Below, piece after piece: positions 62,082 to 64,000 of a stretch of DNA of 64,000 nucleotides. The stretch's first letter is position 1; each line of letters begins with the position of its first letter. A program made the position numbers and the translations under genes. The notes under the pieces are model-generated. The model made no database searches, was not told the DNA's origin, and was given only the letters and a program-made list of their open reading frames with translations. Source of the stretch: an uncultured Alphaproteobacteria bacterium (GTDB lineage Bacteria; Pseudomonadota; Alphaproteobacteria; HIMB59; GCA-002718135); NCBI GenBank assembly GCA_902585605.1, contig CACIED010000001.1, positions 469,573 through 533,572 of the forward strand. The letters run 5' to 3'.

Positions 62082-62689
62082 TAATGTTTAAATATATCAT
62101 GTTCTGACCAACCATTAATATCTAAGTCAGTTCTATATGGAATAAAATCAAAACAAGCTCTAGCAATTTTAACTCTTTTTTCTCTCAACAACATTTTATC
62201 CAGCTTATCTTTTATTTTATGTAAATATAAAACATCATTTGCAGCATATTGTTGTTGTTCTTTTGTTAATTCTCCACCCCAATCAGAGGATTGTTCAGTT
62301 TTTGAAATCGATTTTCCTAATAATTCACTGCAAAGATCTTTGTATCCATGTTTATCAGTATAGGTCCTAACTAACTTTGATGCAATTTTAGTACAGTAAA
62401 TATTTTTAATATTAATTTTGAAGTTGTGTTTGAATACGGCTACATCAAACCTAGCATAATGAAAAATTTTTTGAATTTTATTATTCTTAAGAATTTTAAT
62501 TAAATTTAGAGGTTTTTCAGTAGATAAGTCAATTTTTACCAGATGACACACTTCATCACCGTTAGAAATTTGGACTAAACATAATTTATCTCTTTTAGGA
62601 TTTAATCCCATTGTTTCACTATCCAATGCAATAATATTAGAAGCTTTAAAACTTGCTGGAAGATCTCCTTTATAGAAATTTATATTCAT
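62081..62689 (-). CDS. DEDDy 3'-5' exonuclease domain protein (short RNase D-like)
   Basis: Exo motifs ALDSETMGL (DxE), HYARFD and YAANDVLYLH (YxxxD). Only 202 aa, so it lacks HRDC domains. Confidence 0.75.
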   Translation of the reverse strand: MNINFYKGDLPASFKASNIIALDSETMGLNPKRDKLCLVQISNGDEVCHLVKIDLSTEKPLNLIKILKNNKIQKIFHYARFDVAVFKHNFKINIKNIYCTKIASKLVRTYTDKHGYKDLCSELLGKSISKTEQSSDWGGELTKEQQQYAANDVLYLHKIKDKLDKMLLREKRVKIARACFDFIPYRTDLDINGWSEHDIFKH

Positions 62690-62751
62690 TTTGATTTTAT
62701 TACCTGTATAATTTATATTTTTTTTCTATATCATTTATTTAATTAAAGGTC

Positions 62752-63657
62752 ATGAAATCAATAGTAATTTTTGGAGGTGCAGGTTTTGTAGGTAAACATC
62801 TAATAAGACGTCTTACTAAAAAAGGCCATAAAATCATTGTTCCATATCAAAGATCTGTGCAAGAAGCTAAAATCCGACTTTTAGGTGTAACAGGACAGGT
62901 AATTCCATTTCGTTATTCTTCATTAGAAGACAAAAGGCTTAAATCTGTTCTAAATAATGCCGAAGTGTGCATTAATTTAAAAACTACATACGATCAAAAA
63001 AAAGGAGATTTTAATAGTACAATTTATAAGTTTAATCAGAAACTTATTAGAAATTTAAAATCTAGTAAAGAATTAAAACAATTCATTCTTTTTTCTGGTC
63101 TTGGTGTAGATATTGATAAAAATTCAACAAGAAGCATTTCAATCCATAAATCTGAAAAGGAAGCTTTTAAACAATTAGATAATGTAATTATTATTAGACC
63201 AGGCGTTATTATAGGCGGTGGTGATATTTTCATGAAACGGCTTTTACCAATATTTAAAGTTTCATTTTTTGTCCCACTTTTTGGCGATGGTTCAACAAAA
63301 TTCCAACCAGTGTTTATTGATGATGTATCTCTTGCTGTTGATCAACTAATTAATTCTCAGATTGAAAAGAAAAATATTTATGAGCTTGCCGGTCCAAGGA
63401 TTTATTCTTACAAAGAATTTTTTAATCATATTTCTGATTTTTTAAACAAAACTAGAGTTTTTGTTCCTGTTCCTATGGCAGTAATGAAACCTATGATAAA
63501 CATTGCTGAAAAAACACCATTTTCTCCTCTTACGTCAGAACAGTTAACACTATTTGAAAAAGACAATCTTATTGTAAACGTTGATAAATCATTCCAAAAT
63601 CTTGATATTAATCCACAGGACACTCTACAAATACTTAAAAAAATTGTTGTAAATTAA
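62752..63657 (+). CDS. NAD(P)-binding epimerase/dehydratase-fold protein (complex I NDUFA9-like family)
   Basis: Rossmann VIFGGAGFVGKHL, extended-SDR size (301 aa), IIRPGVIIG segment. Confidence 0.6.
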   Translation: MKSIVIFGGAGFVGKHLIRRLTKKGHKIIVPYQRSVQEAKIRLLGVTGQVIPFRYSSLEDKRLKSVLNNAEVCINLKTTYDQKKGDFNSTIYKFNQKLIRNLKSSKELKQFILFSGLGVDIDKNSTRSISIHKSEKEAFKQLDNVIIIRPGVIIGGGDIFMKRLLPIFKVSFFVPLFGDGSTKFQPVFIDDVSLAVDQLINSQIEKKNIYELAGPRIYSYKEFFNHISDFLNKTRVFVPVPMAVMKPMINIAEKTPFSPLTSEQLTLFEKDNLIVNVDKSFQNLDINPQDTLQILKKIVVN

Positions 63658-63775
63658 GGGTTTCTTTATTTTTAGTACATAATTGGTACTATTATTATAA
63701 AATTATTGTTTCCTTTCTTATCTTGAATGTGTATTTGGTTTGATCTAGATAAAATAGTAAACAAATGATAACTAA

Positions 63776-64000
63776 ATGCTTAAATTTACAAAAATAAACA
63801 AGGAAAATCCTAATAAAATATCTGCTAAAGAAAGAGTAAAATCATTTGATGAAATTTACTCTAAATATGCCTCACTAAAGGCAGAAGAACAAGCCTCCAG
63901 ATGTTCTCAATGTGGTGTTCCTTTCTGCCAAGTTCATTGTCCTTTGCACAATAATATTCCAGATTGGTTAAAACTAACTGCTGAGGATAGAATGCAGGAG
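63776..64000 (+). CDS. gltD: 5' part of glutamate synthase small subunit (GltD), runs off the right edge
   Basis: Own translation from ATG 63776: MLKFTKINKENPNKISAKERVKSFDEIYSKYASLKAEEQASRCSQCGVPFCQVHCPLHNNIPDWLKLTAEDRMQE. The Cys cluster C-x2-C-x3-C-x3-C and NxIPxW are typical of the GltD N-terminus. Not in the ORF track because it is truncated. Confidence 0.85.
   Translation, partial: MLKFTKINKENPNKISAKERVKSFDEIYSKYASLKAEEQASRCSQCGVPFCQVHCPLHNNIPDWLKLTAEDRMQE

Overview
The window looks like a streamlined, very AT-rich alphaproteobacterial chromosome segment spanning the dnaA-dnaN-recF-gyrB region. The style matches SAR11/Pelagibacter: gene order follows Rhizobiales-type blocks, spacers are mostly 0-10 nt, and many start and stop codons overlap. 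I support about 64 protein-coding genes, nearly all core housekeeping. They fall into these groups:
- Left end: rimI-miaB-phoH-ybeY-corC-lnt-trmB, then nusA-infB-rbfA-truB-rpsO-pnp.
- Lipid and cofactor genes: fabA-fabB-fabI, coaBC, ubiE, mutM, rpsT.
- Replication and regulation: dnaA-dnaN-recF-gyrB, regB-regA, polA, nrdA-nrdB-grx, chvI-chvG.
- Methyl cycle and neighbours: ahcY-metK, tsaE, amgK/murU-like genes, trxA.
- A 15-gene gapless minus-strand array: rnd-like, kdsD, lptCAB, aroA, cmk, rpsA, ihfB, pyrF, trpFBA, accD, folC.
- Right end: a partial gltD.

I found no rRNA, tRNA, CRISPR array, transposase, integrase or long repeat.

The only clearly accessory stretch is a six-gene, even more AT-rich envelope-glycan islet at 28.9-35.3 kb. 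It encodes a GT2 with a multi-TM tail, an orphan ABC ATPase, a DegT aminotransferase, an FAD-like ORF, a formyltransferase-like protein and a WaaL/Wzy_C-like membrane protein.

The most interesting leads are:
- An unlisted 42-codon, highly basic ArfA-like ORF that fills the polA-grx spacer.
- A glutaredoxin whose C-terminus (FDEEF) copies the NrdB C-terminal tail (FDEAF).
- The only clear intrinsic-terminator hairpin I found in the intergenic spacers, sitting 6 nt before the nusA start codon.
- An Fpg/MutM that has lost 3 of its 4 zinc-finger cysteines.
- An NrdA with tandem ATP-cones.
- Several synteny junctions where regulatory or repair genes expected in other Alphaproteobacteria are missing.

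All homology calls were made by eye from motifs, domain order and synteny. No searches were run. Coordinates come from the supplied ORF track unless stated otherwise.
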